From assembly GCA_963843845.1 (NCBI GenBank), contig CAWJMB010000002.1:2208001-2272000 (forward strand): DNA of 64,000 bases, written 5' to 3'. Under the pieces are notes generated by a model. The model did not search any database and had not been told where the DNA came from. It saw only the letters and a list, made by a program, of their open reading frames with translations. Both the position numbers and the translations under genes were made by a program. This document shows positions 20,855 through 31,543 of the stretch, piece by piece. Positions within the stretch are counted from its first letter, which is position 1, and every line of letters starts with the position of its first letter. The DNA comes from an uncultured Gemmatimonadaceae bacterium (GTDB lineage: Bacteria > Gemmatimonadota > Gemmatimonadetes > Gemmatimonadales > Gemmatimonadaceae).

Positions 20855-23440
20855 ATGACCCGGTTTCTCCGCACGCTGTTCCGCCGGCCGCTGCTCTTCG
20901 CTGCGGCCGTTTGCTTTTCCGCCCCCTGCCTGACGGAGGCGCAGCAGCGGCCCAGCGCGTCGCAGGCCCAGGAGCTGCTGCGGCAACGCCCCGACCTCGC
21001 CACGCAGTTGCAGCAGCGGCTGCGAACGAGCGGCCTGACGCCCGACCAGGTTCGCGCTCGCCTGCGCGCCGAAGGGTATCCCGAGTCGCTGCTCGACGCG
21101 TACCTCCCCGGAGGGCCCCCGAGCTCGGCGGCCGATACCGCGTCCACGTCCACGCTGCTCGACGCCGTCCGCACGCTCGGCATCGTCGACTCGGCGGAGG
21201 TGGACGTGCTGCGTAGCGCGAGCGGTCGTTCGATCTTCGACGACGCGCTCGGACTCGACGGCGATTCGCTGTCCACACGCCCGCGCCTCGGTCGGGGCGG
21301 GCGCGCCGACAGCGTGGGCCGCGCCGACTCCCTCGCGGTCGCGGTCGCCGACAGCGGGTTCCAGATCTTCGGCCTCGACGTCTTCCGGTCGCGGACGTCG
21401 CAGTTCGATCCGAACCTTGGCGGCACCGTCGGCCCGAACTACCGGCTCGGCCCGGGCGACCGGCTCGTGCTCATTCTCACCGGCGACGTCGAGCAGGCGT
21501 ACCAGCTCGACGTCACGCGCGAGGGGTTCGTCGTCATCCCGCAGGTCGGGCAGCTCTACGTCGCGAACCTCACGCTCGACCAGCTCGACCGACCTGCTCT
21601 ACACGCGGCTGGGTCGAGTCTACTCGGGCGTTCGCCGCGGGCGGCGGCACGACCCAGTTCTAGCGTGAGCGTCGGTCGGCTTCGGACGAACCAGGTGTTC
21701 GTGTTCGGCGACGTCGCGCGACCGGACAGCTATCGCGTGTCGAGCGCCGGCACGGTGCTCAGCGCGCTGTACGCCGCCGGCGGGCCGACCGCCGCCGGCT
21801 GGCTGCGCCGTGTGCTCCTGCGTCGCGGTGGACGGGTCGTCGATACGCTGGACGTCTACGACTATCTGCTGCGCGGCGACGCACGCCGCGACCCGCGGCT
21901 CGAGACCGGCGACGTGGTGTTCGTGCCGCCGCAGCTCGGCCGAGTGCGCGTTGCAGGCGAGGTGAACCGTCCGGCGACCTACGAGCTCCGGCCGGGCGAG
22001 ACGCTCGCCGACGTGCTCCGCAATGCCGGCGGCCTCGAGCCGACGGCGAACCAGCGTCGGATCCAGATCCAGCGCGTGCTCCCGGCCGCGGAGCGCGTCC
22101 GAACCGGGGCGCGATCGCAGTCGTCATCGACGTGACGACGGCGTCGCCCGGCGCCGCGCTCCCGGCCGTCGCGCTCCTGCCCGGCGACGTCGTTCGCGTC
22201 TTCGACGTCGCCGACCCGCGTCCGCGATCGCGTCGTCGTGCTCGGCAACGTGTACACGCCGGGCGCACAGGGCATCCGCGCCGGGACGCGGCTCTCGGAC
22301 GCGCTGCGCAACGCGGGCGGCCTCAAGCCCGACACGTACCTCGGCGAGGTGCTCGTCACGCGGCTGCGGCCGGACTCGACGCCGGTTTCAGCTCCGCGCG
22401 CACGCTGGCGGATTCGACCGGGCGGGTCGTCAACGAATCGCTCCTGCAAGAGGATGACGAGATCCGCGTGTTCCGCGTGACCGAATTCCGGCCGGTGCGG
22501 TACGTCGCGATCAGCGGGGCCGTGCGGACAGGCGGGCAGTTCCGCTACCGGGATGGCATGACGATGCGCGATCTCGTGCTCCTCGCCGGCGGTCTCGACG
22601 AGAGCGCGCTGCTGAGCCAGGCCGAGGTCGCGCGCCTGCCCGCGGACCGCGAGCAATGGCGTCACGGCGCGCACGTTCCGCGTCGCGCTCGACTCGAGCT
22701 ACCTGTTCGAACGCGCGCCGGACGGGCGATACCTCGGACCGCCAGGCCTTCCGGCGTCGGCCGGGGCGGCGCCCGAGGTCCGCTCGCGCCGTACGACAAC
22801 GTGCTCATCCTCCGCCAGCCCGACTTCGCGCTGCAGCGCACGGTCGTTCATCGGGGGCGAGGTGCGCTTCCCCGGGCGCTACGCGCTGCGGACGAAGAGC
22901 GAGCGGCTCGTCGACCTCGTGCGGCGGGCAGGCGGGCTCACGACGGAGGCGAGCGCGGAGGGCGTCGAGTTCTATCGGGTCCGCGGGCGCAGTCGGGCGC
23001 GTCGGCATCGACCTGCCGCTCGCGATGCGCGACGCGACGAACCGCGACAATCTCATCCTCGCCGACGGCGACTCGGTCATCGTGCCGCAGTTCAACGCCG
23101 TCGTCACCGTCGGCGGCGCGGTGAACCGCCGTCGCGCGCTCGCCTACGTACCCGGGCAGCGACCTCGGGTACTACATCCGCGCCGCCGGCGGCGCGGAAC
23201 GCGCGCGCCGACCTGCGCTCGCGCGTACGTGATGCAGCCGAACGGGCGGTTGGAGAGCGTGCAGCGGCGCCGGTTCCTGCCCGACGGCGTTCCCGGTGCC
23301 GCGCCCCGGGGCACGAGTGATCGTCCCGGAGCGCTGCAGCGGACGACCGCCGGGACTTCGCGCAAGCCTTGGCGACCTTCGCGCAGGTCGGCGGCGCACT
23401 CGCCACGCTCATCGCGGCCGTCGTCGCGTTGACGCGCTGA
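20855..23440 (+). CDS. Large multi-SLBB polysaccharide export protein (KpsD/Wza-like), many apparent frameshifts
   Basis: Signal peptide; FGLDVF, YRLGPGD, GEVNRPATYEL, AGG...LxxGD SLBB repeats pieced across ORFs 20855, 22238, 22132, 22862, 22656. Confidence 0.82.
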
Positions 23441-23474
23441 CGGTCGCCCGGCACCGCCGGCTGCTCGTCGCGAG

Positions 23475-25171
23475 TCAGCGGCCGAGGTGGAGTCCGGGAC
23501 GCCACGCCGCGCCGGCGAGCAGCTGCCAGCTCGTCGCATCGCCGGCGTAGTCGCGATTCAACTCGCGGATGACCCGGATGCGTCCGAAGACGTCGACACG
23601 GTCGAAAAACCGGACGGCTTCGACGGCGGGCGCGAGCTGCACGTCGACCTCGTCCGCGCTCGTCCCCTCGGTCGGAGGGGCACGTCGCACGATCCGGTCG
23701 CCGACCACGGAGACTCGTCCGCGCCGGGGTGTATCGATCGAGCGCGAGATGCTGCCCTGCGCCGCCGGGTGCGGCGATCGAGCCGAGTAGCTGCCCGCGG
23801 TTGGTGTGCCCCTGCACGAGGATCGAGTGCTCGTACGGCGTCGCCTGCTCGACGCACGCGGTCGAGGTGGGTGATCCGCGCGTTGACCGTTTCGGCGCGG
23901 AGAATCGTGAACGCCGAACCGTCGCGCGCACGAGCGAACGCCTGCTCGACGCCGAGGAGGATCGCGGCGTCGTGGTCTGGCTCCGTCGCGAGCTCGCGGA
24001 CGTCGAGATTGTTGTCGTTCTTCAGAAGCTCGCCGTAGATGCGTAGCCCGCTGCGGGGGTGACTCCACGAGGCGAACGCACTCGCGATCTGGTTGTCGGG
24101 GGTGTAGTTCGCGTCGGTCGGCAGGTTCTTCTGCGACATCGCCGCGGCACTCTGGAAGAAGTTCTCGAAGACGCTGAACAGCTGGCCGAGCGAGACGCCT
24201 CCCGTCGGCGTGAGGCGATGGAACACCCGTCCGCCCCCGACTTCGAGCCCGGGCACCCAGCTCGGACTGAACGCCGCAACCCCGCCGGCCAGATAGCGCG
24301 ACGCGGATCGGGGGGGGGCGTACGGCGAGTCGACAGGTCGCCCGAGGATCAGGTTGACGTTCAGGCGCCCGATCCCGACCGACCGCATTCCCGACGTTCC
24401 GAGGAAGATGTGACGGAAGCCGGGCGCGTTCTGGCCCATGAGCAGCGCGTGCACGGCCCCCGGCCCCCACGTCGGCGCAGCCGTGGAGACCCCGGCGGCG
24501 ATCGGACCGATGTCCATCCGGAGCGTGCTCTGCCCTGCGTCGATGCGCGCGTAAGGCGCATCTCCGAAGCGCTGCGGCGTGTCGATCGCCAGTGGAAGCG
24601 AGCCGTCGGCGTACGGCGTCGCGCCGACTTCCGTCACCGGCGCGAGTGCGAACGGTCGGTTCTCCGCACGGAACGCCACGGGTTGCACGACGAGGGTGAT
24701 CGGACCGACCTGCGCCGAGACGCCGCCCGTGACCACGCTCGTGAGACCCCGCCCCGACCACACGGCGCCGTCGCCGTAATCGAATGGAAAGGCCTGATTG
24801 AACACCGACCACGCCCGAAGAGGCAGCGCATCGACCCGCGCGCGCCACCGGCGCGACGCGTCGCTCGTCGTCGGCGTGAACGCGAAGCGGTTCCACGGGT
24901 GCCGCTCTGTGGTCCCGAGCAGGTTCAGCACGTGCGGCGTGTACCCGCGGAGTGTCACTGAGCGCTCCGCGATCGCGCCCGTGAGCTGGAGCGCTCGAAT
25001 GTATTCTTCGAGCTCGCTGCCAGCCGTGGCCTCCAGCGGAGTCGCGCTGACACGCTCCGAACGCGGACGGACCGCCCCCGGTGGCTGCGCGTGCAACGGC
25101 GCGGTCGCGATCAGCACTCCCGCCAGCGTCGCCGGCAAGTAACATGTGGCTCGCTCGACCCTACACGCCAT
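23475..25171 (-). CDS. Capsule assembly Wzi-like outer-membrane beta-barrel (frameshifts ~23855, ~23725)
   Basis: DGAVWSGRG, IDTPQRFG, WGPG...LLMGQNAPGF, DNQIASAF, QGHTNRGQLLGS. Confidence 0.72.
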
Positions 25172-25280
25172 CTTCCGCCACGCTCCGTTGACACGCCCGC
25201 CGACGATTGCCGCTCGGACATCGTTCTCGTCGAGCGACGCCCAATCTACCGCGTGTGTCCCGGCGTCACAGCGAGCGCTG

Positions 25281-26918
25281 ATGCGGGCGCGCTGGATCTG
25301 CGTCGCGTGCCTGCTGAGCGTGTCGCCTGCTCGCGCAGCGCACGCGCAGCGCGCAGGTGGTCCGGCGCCCCTGCCACCCGGCGGAGTGCGGGGGGATCGG
25401 CAACGGATCGCACAGCTCTGGGGGCTCGACTCACTGAGCGGGGAGCTGGCGCGGAGTGCGTCCTCGTGGCAGCCGGCGCCACCTCCGACGATCCGGCGGC
25501 GACCGTTGGCCGCGGCGTTGCTCGCGCCGCAGCTGGAAGCGCGCTGGAGCAGTGCGCTGCCGGCCGCAGGCAACGACGGACTGCTGTGGGCGGGACGGGG
25601 CGCGAGCGCGCTCGTGCGTGGCGGCGCCCTCGTCACGGCAGGCGCGGTACGCGTGATCGTGCTCCCGGAGCTCGCGTACTCGCAGAATCGGCCGTTCGGC
25701 GCGCTCCCGTCGACGGCACCGGGACGGAGCCGGTACGCGTCTCCCTTCCACACGGGCGCCGCACCGGGCGACGCGCCGATCGACCTCCCCCTACGATTCG
25801 GCGACCGGCCGCGAGCGAGCGTCGGCGGCGGACAGAGCTCGATCACGCTGTCCGGCGACGTGGTCGCCGCCGGTGTCGCGACGGAGAACGAGTGGTGGGG
25901 ACCGGGCATCCACACCGCACTGCTGCTCGGCACGGCCGCGGGTGGCTTCCCGCACGCATTCCTTCGGACCGCGCGCCCGCTCCGCACACGCGTCGGGGTC
26001 GTCGAAGCGCGCCTGCTCTGGGGAACGCTCACGCCGTCCGCGTTCGCCGACAGCGCGTCGACGACGCAGTACCGCTCGTTCAGCGGCGCGCTGGCGACGC
26101 TCCGTCCGTCGATCCTTCCGACACTGACGCTCGGCGTCGAGCGGTCGGTCATCCGCAACGCGGCCGGCGCGGCGACCGCGGCGGGTCGAGCGGTCGACGT
26201 CCTCCGGCTGTGGGAGTCGCCGCCCACCGACGCCGACGAGATCGCCCGCGCGACGGGTGCACCGACGCGGCGCCGGGCAGATCAGCTCGTCGGCCTGTTC
26301 GCGCGGCTCGTCGCCCCCGAGAGCGGCGCCGAAGCGTACGTGGAGTGGGTCCGACAGGAACTTCCGCGTTCGCTTCGCGAGTTTCTGCTCGCCCCGCAGG
26401 CGACACAAGGGTACACGATCGGTGCGCAGTGGATCTCCGCGCCGGCCGTCACCCCACGTCCGAGCCTTCGGATTCAGGCGGAGGCGTCCAACGTCGAGCA
26501 ATCGGTCGCCATTCGAGGTCTGGCGGTCCGCGATTTCTACACAGGCTTCGCGACACGAGACGGCCACACACATCGCGGGCAGCCGTTGGGTGCCGCGACC
26601 GGTCCCGGAAGCTCGTCGCAGCGCCTGGGCGCCGATCTCATCGCGCGTGGGTGGCACGGCGGGCTGTTCGCGTCGCGCGTGCGCTGGGAGAACGACGCGC
26701 TGTACCGGCAGGCGAACGCGAACTTCTTCCGTCACGACGTCAGCCTCACGGGGGGCGTGCGCGGATCGATCCGCCGCTCGCGCTGGGACCTCAGCGCCGA
26801 AGCCGCCTACACCGACCGCATCAACTATCTCTTCCAGAACGGCTTCAACAATCCCGGAGGCATCCGGACGGTCGACGTGCACGACGTGAGCATCTCGCTG
26901 TCGGTCAGCCCCCGATGA
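25281..26918 (+). CDS. Capsule assembly Wzi-like outer-membrane protein
   Basis: Signal peptide; NDGLLWAGRG, IDLPLRFG, ENEWWGPG, GFPH, GHTHRGQPLGAATGPG. Confidence 0.75.
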   Translation: MRARWICVACLLSVSPARAAHAQRAGGPAPLPPGGVRGDRQRIAQLWGLDSLSGELARSASSWQPAPPPTIRRRPLAAALLAPQLEARWSSALPAAGNDGLLWAGRGASALVRGGALVTAGAVRVIVLPELAYSQNRPFGALPSTAPGRSRYASPFHTGAAPGDAPIDLPLRFGDRPRASVGGGQSSITLSGDVVAAGVATENEWWGPGIHTALLLGTAAGGFPHAFLRTARPLRTRVGVVEARLLWGTLTPSAFADSASTTQYRSFSGALATLRPSILPTLTLGVERSVIRNAAGAATAAGRAVDVLRLWESPPTDADEIARATGAPTRRRADQLVGLFARLVAPESGAEAYVEWVRQELPRSLREFLLAPQATQGYTIGAQWISAPAVTPRPSLRIQAEASNVEQSVAIRGLAVRDFYTGFATRDGHTHRGQPLGAATGPGSSSQRLGADLIARGWHGGLFASRVRWENDALYRQANANFFRHDVSLTGGVRGSIRRSRWDLSAEAAYTDRINYLFQNGFNNPGGIRTVDVHDVSISLSVSPR

Positions 26919-28090
26919 GCGACGCCGCCGAGCCCCTCCGCGTGGGTATCGACGGCCGAGTGTTCGAGGGCCCCCGCACGGGGATCGGTCGCTATGTGTT
27001 CGAGATCTGCCGGGAGCTGGATCGGGTGCTGCCGCCGCAGGCCGAAGTGTTCGTTTATGCACGCCGCCACGTGGAACTCCCGCCCGTCTCGTCGAGATGG
27101 CGGCTCCGCGTCGAGCGCAACCCGGTCGCGGCACGATTCCCGGCCAGCGTCTGGCTGAAGACTCGTGCGCCGTCGCTGATCGCGGAGGACGCACTCGCCG
27201 CGTTCTGGGGAACCGCGTCGCTGCTGCCATCGCTCCCCGCCTCGACGCGATCGGTCGTCACGGTCTACGATCTGAACTATCTCGTGGTGCCCACCACGAT
27301 GCCGTTCTCGACCTGGCTCACGCACCGAACGTACTTCGCCCGCGACGTTCGCCGTGCGGACGTCGTCGTCGCCATCTCGGCCGGAACCGCGTCGCGACTG
27401 CGCGAACGACTGGGCATCGCCACGGACGTGATCGTGACGCCTGCGGTCAGCGCCGCGTTCGGGCCGCTCGCGCAAGGCGCGGCGTCGGAGGTCTACGAGC
27501 GCCTCGGGCTTCGACCGCCGTACCTCCTCGCGGTCGGCACGCGCGAACCCAGGAAGAACCTCTCGATGCTCGTCGACGCGTTCGCCTCGGCTCGTCGAGC
27601 GGGGCTGCCGCCGCGCGTGACCCTCGTCCTCACCGGCGCTGCCGGCTGGCGCGAAGGCCCGCTCGCGCGCGCGATTCGGTCGCTCCCGAAGCAGTCCGTG
27701 CGCCTCCTGGGCTACGTGAGCGACGACGATCTCGCGGTGCTCTACGCTGGGGCGACAGCGTTCGTCTTCCCGTCACGATACGAGGGGTATGGCATGCCGG
27801 TCGCGGAGGCACGCGCCTGCGGCGCGGTCATCGTCGCCGCAGACGTCCCCGAATTGCGGGAAGCCGGCGGGAGCGACGCCACATACGTCGCGCCGACGAC
27901 GTCGTGCCTCGTCGCGGCACTGCTCGCCTCGGCACGTGGCGATCTGCCGCGCGCTGCGAGCCCCGTAGCGCGCGACGGGTGGCGGCACGGGGCGAACGCC
28001 ATGGCCGGCATCCTCGTGAGCGCGCCTCGCGCCGCTACGCCGCGCGCGCCAGCACGCGAAGCCGAAACGACGCTCGCTCCTCGGAAGTGA
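26915..28090 (+). CDS. Glycosyltransferase family 4 (MtfB-like)
   Basis: GIDGR...TGIGRY, VGTREPRKNL, FPSRYEGYGMPVAEARACG. Confidence 0.88.
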   Translation: MSDAAEPLRVGIDGRVFEGPRTGIGRYVFEICRELDRVLPPQAEVFVYARRHVELPPVSSRWRLRVERNPVAARFPASVWLKTRAPSLIAEDALAAFWGTASLLPSLPASTRSVVTVYDLNYLVVPTTMPFSTWLTHRTYFARDVRRADVVVAISAGTASRLRERLGIATDVIVTPAVSAAFGPLAQGAASEVYERLGLRPPYLLAVGTREPRKNLSMLVDAFASARRAGLPPRVTLVLTGAAGWREGPLARAIRSLPKQSVRLLGYVSDDDLAVLYAGATAFVFPSRYEGYGMPVAEARACGAVIVAADVPELREAGGSDATYVAPTTSCLVAALLASARGDLPRAASPVARDGWRHGANAMAGILVSAPRAATPRAPAREAETTLAPRK

Positions 28091-29576
28091 GCACGGCGAA
28101 CCACGTGACCGCGCAATAGATCGGCACCGCGACGATCGTGAGCGCGGCCTTCGCGCCGACCGAATGCGGAACGGTCGTCGCGAGCACGCAGGACACTCCG
28201 ACCACGGCGTATGCCGCGGCGCGGGCTGCCGCAGCGCGGAGCGACGGGATGGTCGCGATGACCCCCCAGAACGCCACCCCCGCGTCCACGACGATGCGGG
28301 CTCCCCAGACGAGCGCCGCGCCGAGCAATCCGTAGCGCGGCGTGACCCACGCGAGCGCGACGATCAGCAGCGGCAGCTGTACGAGGTGCGACACCCCCGT
28401 CACACGCTGTTGCCCCACCGCCTGGAGCGCGGTGAACGCCGTCTGACCGACACAGTTGCAGAAGATCGCGATCGCGAAGACCCGGACGAGTGACGCGCCC
28501 TCTCGCACGAACCCCGGTCCGAGCCACCAGCCGAGCCACTCGGGCGCGTACAGCGCCATCAGCGCGGCGACCGGCAACAGCGCGACGGCGATGATCCGCG
28601 CCGCGCGGTCGAAGAGTTTGGCGGCACGCGTCGCATCGCTCGCGAATGTGGCCGCGAGCGCCGGGAAGAGGACCGGCAACACCGCACCGGTGAAGATCCA
28701 CAGCTTGGTCACGACCTCCTGCGGCGTCGCGTAATAGCCGACTGCCGCGACGCCGAGCGTCGAGCTGACGATGACGCGGTCTGCCGACACGAGCAGCGGG
28801 TTGACCAGGTTCGACACGGTGATCCAGCCGCCGACGCGCGCGAGCCGCTGGACGACCGCGCCGCGTACCCCGGTCGGTCGCGTGAGCCGCGGAAACGCGC
28901 GCGCGCATGCGATCGCGTGCGCCACGCAGATGACGACTCGGCCGACCACGAGGATCGCGATGGCGGGGACGACGGACTCGGAGAAGTGCCGCGTGCCCAG
29001 TGGTGCCGCGAAAGTGAGGACGCCGAGCGGCACGCGGAGCGCATTGATGACCGTGAAGTGCTGGGCCGCTTCGAGCGCGCCCCTGAACACGTTCGTGATC
29101 GCCATGATCGGCACGGCGACGGCCATCAGTCGGACCCCGACGACGACCTCGGCAGCCATCGCCGCCGTCGACGGCGTCGGGAGCAGTCGCAGGGCGATCT
29201 CGGTCGCCAGGCCCCACGCTGCCGTGGCCAGCACGAGCGTGACGGGGAGCAGGAGCAAGGTCGCGGTCCAGATGACCTCCGGCACGACCCCCGTCTTTCC
29301 ACGACCGAAGCGCTCAGCCAGCACCTGCGTGACGGCGCGACCGAGGCCCAGGTCGAGGATGCTGAAGTAGCCCACCGCGGTCCACGCCAGGTTGAGCAGT
29401 CCGAAGCGAACCGCTCCGAATCCTCTCGCGAGCGACGGAACCGTCAACAGCGCGAGCGCCACCGGAACCGCCCACCCGGCCAGATTGAACGCGACGTTGC
29501 GAGCGAGCAGTGGCGTGCTCGTGAGCTGCGCACTCGTCCTGGCGGATTCGCGGTGGGACCGGCTACGGCGCGACAC
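28035..29576 (-). CDS. wzx: Wzx flippase (start uncertain)
   Basis: RNVAFNLAG, LDLGLGRA, DRVIVSS, VGYYA; ~12 hydrophobic segments. Confidence 0.85.
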   Translation of the reverse strand: MSRRSRSHRESARTSAQLTSTPLLARNVAFNLAGWAVPVALALLTVPSLARGFGAVRFGLLNLAWTAVGYFSILDLGLGRAVTQVLAERFGRGKTGVVPEVIWTATLLLLPVTLVLATAAWGLATEIALRLLPTPSTAAMAAEVVVGVRLMAVAVPIMAITNVFRGALEAAQHFTVINALRVPLGVLTFAAPLGTRHFSESVVPAIAILVVGRVVICVAHAIACARAFPRLTRPTGVRGAVVQRLARVGGWITVSNLVNPLLVSADRVIVSSTLGVAAVGYYATPQEVVTKLWIFTGAVLPVLFPALAATFASDATRAAKLFDRAARIIAVALLPVAALMALYAPEWLGWWLGPGFVREGASLVRVFAIAIFCNCVGQTAFTALQAVGQQRVTGVSHLVQLPLLIVALAWVTPRYGLLGAALVWGARIVVDAGVAFWGVIATIPSLRAAAARAAAYAVVGVSCVLATTVPHSVGAKAALTIVAVPIYCAVTWFAVLTSEERASFRLRVLARAA

Positions 29577-31488
29577 GCCAGCGCTGCAGAAGCCTGAAGT
29601 CGTCGGCCTCGAACGTCGGCAGCCGCACTCCCGCGAACGAGTACTGCCGCCCGCCGGGTAGCGTGATCGTGACGTCCCCGACCAGGTCGCCGTATTCGGT
29701 CGTGAGGGGGTTGATCCGCACGCGACCGTCCTCGTTGCTCTCGCGGGTGATTCGCTCGGGCGTCGCCGCGATCCCGCCGGTACGACGGAATTCGACACGC
29801 GCACCGACGATCGGCCGCTCGTCGACCGACGAGACGACCTCGCCGAAGTACTCGAGGCTCGGCCCGATCCCGTAGTTGTCGAGCCGGCGCAGCTCGTCGA
29901 CGTCGAAGGTCTGCAGGCGCACGCCGCGCCGGATCTCCGAACGGAGCGGGAGCTGCGGTCGGATCAGGAGATCGCCGATCACCACGCCTGCCTGGTCGGT
30001 CGACGGCGCCAGGGGGAAGGCGCCGAACTCGTTGCTTCGCACGATGAAGGTGTCGGGTTCCACCGGGATCCCACCCGTCCGCCTGAACTCGACTTCGACG
30101 CCGGCCGCGGGCGCCCGGCCCGTCCCGCGTACGAACAGCACCCCGGCGTAGAGCAGGTGCTCCCCGATGCCGAACGTCCGGAGCAGCCGGACCGAGTCGT
30201 CGGCCGCCACTCGGAGGCGCAGATCGGCGTAGGTCACCGGCGCCAGACCCGGGGCGCTGATCGTCAGCTGCCCGATCAGCTCTCCCGACTCGGCGAGCGG
30301 TCTGGTGACGAGCGGGAAGCGGCCGTTCGCGTCGCTGACGCTCGAGATCACATCCGACTCGACGGCGATCCCACCGGTGCGCCGGAACTCGACGCGAGCG
30401 CCCGCGACCCGCCGCTGAGACCCTCGGTTGTAGACCTCACCGACGTACAACAGCGACGGCCCGACACCGAACGTCTGGAGCAGGCGTACCTCGTCCGTAT
30501 CGAACACCGGCAGACGGACGCCGCGTGAGACGTACGGTTCGGCGAGGCCGGGCACGCGGAAGGTGAAATCGCCGATCACGTCGGCGAACCCGTCCGGCGC
30601 GTCGAGTACGATGGGAAATCGGCCCGCGGCGTCGGTCACGGCCGTGACGCGAGCGGGCGACGTCGCACCGCCGCCGGTGCGCTCGAACGACACCTGCACG
30701 CCGGCGAGCCGCCGGTTCGTGACGCGCTCGAACACTTCGCCCACGTATCGCAGGGAGGGACCGAGAACGAAGCTGCCGGCAACGGTCGGCGGCTCGTCTC
30801 GATACGTCGGGCGCAACACGACCGGTATGTCGACCGCGCGCGGCAGGCCGGGCCCGGCAGCGACGGTGATCGTTCCGCTCACGTCGCCGAACGACAGCAG
30901 TCGCGGGCGGAGCTCGAAGCGACCGTTTTCGTCCGTGGTCGCGGTGACCGAGGCGGCGTCGAGCAGCGCGCCACCGGTGCGACGAAAGACGATCGCGGTG
31001 CTTCGCACGTAGTCACGGGCCGTCCGGCTGACGATCTCGCCGATGAACTGCACGTAGGGGTCGACCACCCAGCGCCCCAGCACGCCCCCGTCCCCGCGCA
31101 CGGTGCGCGTGTCGAAGGTGACCCCGGACACGCGATACGCACGATGCGGTGCAGGAGGGGTGACCAACACGTCGCCGGTGATCCGCCCGCCGGTCGGGAC
31201 CTCGGTCGCAAGGCGGTAGAAGCCATCGCGGTCGGTGACCGAGGTGATCGTATCGCCCGGCAACGCGACGCCCGACGTGCGAATCAGTTGCACCCGGACG
31301 CCGGAGACTGGCCGCCCGCTCGTATGCTCGACGAACTGCCCCGTGTAGCTCAGCGACGGTGCGGTGGTGCACCCCGTCGGATCGTCGCACGCGCCACACC
31401 CTTCGACGAGCGCGCCGACGGCGAGCGCGCTCCAGGCCGCGGCGGCACGTGCGGTTCGAGCGTACGTCCGCGAAAGCCTCACGCTCAT
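29563..31488 (-). CDS. Putative lipoprotein with six tandem ~100-aa beta-sandwich (carboxypeptidase-regulatory-like) repeats
   Basis: Hydrophobic N-terminus ending VEGC; six repeats of Y.GE...G..VEFRRTGG...TD..GRF...GD..I...GVRL..F. Confidence 0.75.
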   Translation of the reverse strand: MSVRLSRTYARTARAAAAWSALAVGALVEGCGACDDPTGCTTAPSLSYTGQFVEHTSGRPVSGVRVQLIRTSGVALPGDTITSVTDRDGFYRLATEVPTGGRITGDVLVTPPAPHRAYRVSGVTFDTRTVRGDGGVLGRWVVDPYVQFIGEIVSRTARDYVRSTAIVFRRTGGALLDAASVTATTDENGRFELRPRLLSFGDVSGTITVAAGPGLPRAVDIPVVLRPTYRDEPPTVAGSFVLGPSLRYVGEVFERVTNRRLAGVQVSFERTGGGATSPARVTAVTDAAGRFPIVLDAPDGFADVIGDFTFRVPGLAEPYVSRGVRLPVFDTDEVRLLQTFGVGPSLLYVGEVYNRGSQRRVAGARVEFRRTGGIAVESDVISSVSDANGRFPLVTRPLAESGELIGQLTISAPGLAPVTYADLRLRVAADDSVRLLRTFGIGEHLLYAGVLFVRGTGRAPAAGVEVEFRRTGGIPVEPDTFIVRSNEFGAFPLAPSTDQAGVVIGDLLIRPQLPLRSEIRRGVRLQTFDVDELRRLDNYGIGPSLEYFGEVVSSVDERPIVGARVEFRRTGGIAATPERITRESNEDGRVRINPLTTEYGDLVGDVTITLPGGRQYSFAGVRLPTFEADDFRLLQRWRVAP

Positions 31489-31543
31489 GAGGGAAGGCCG
31501 AATCGAGTCATCTCGGAGCTGCAGCGAATGGCGACGACGAATC

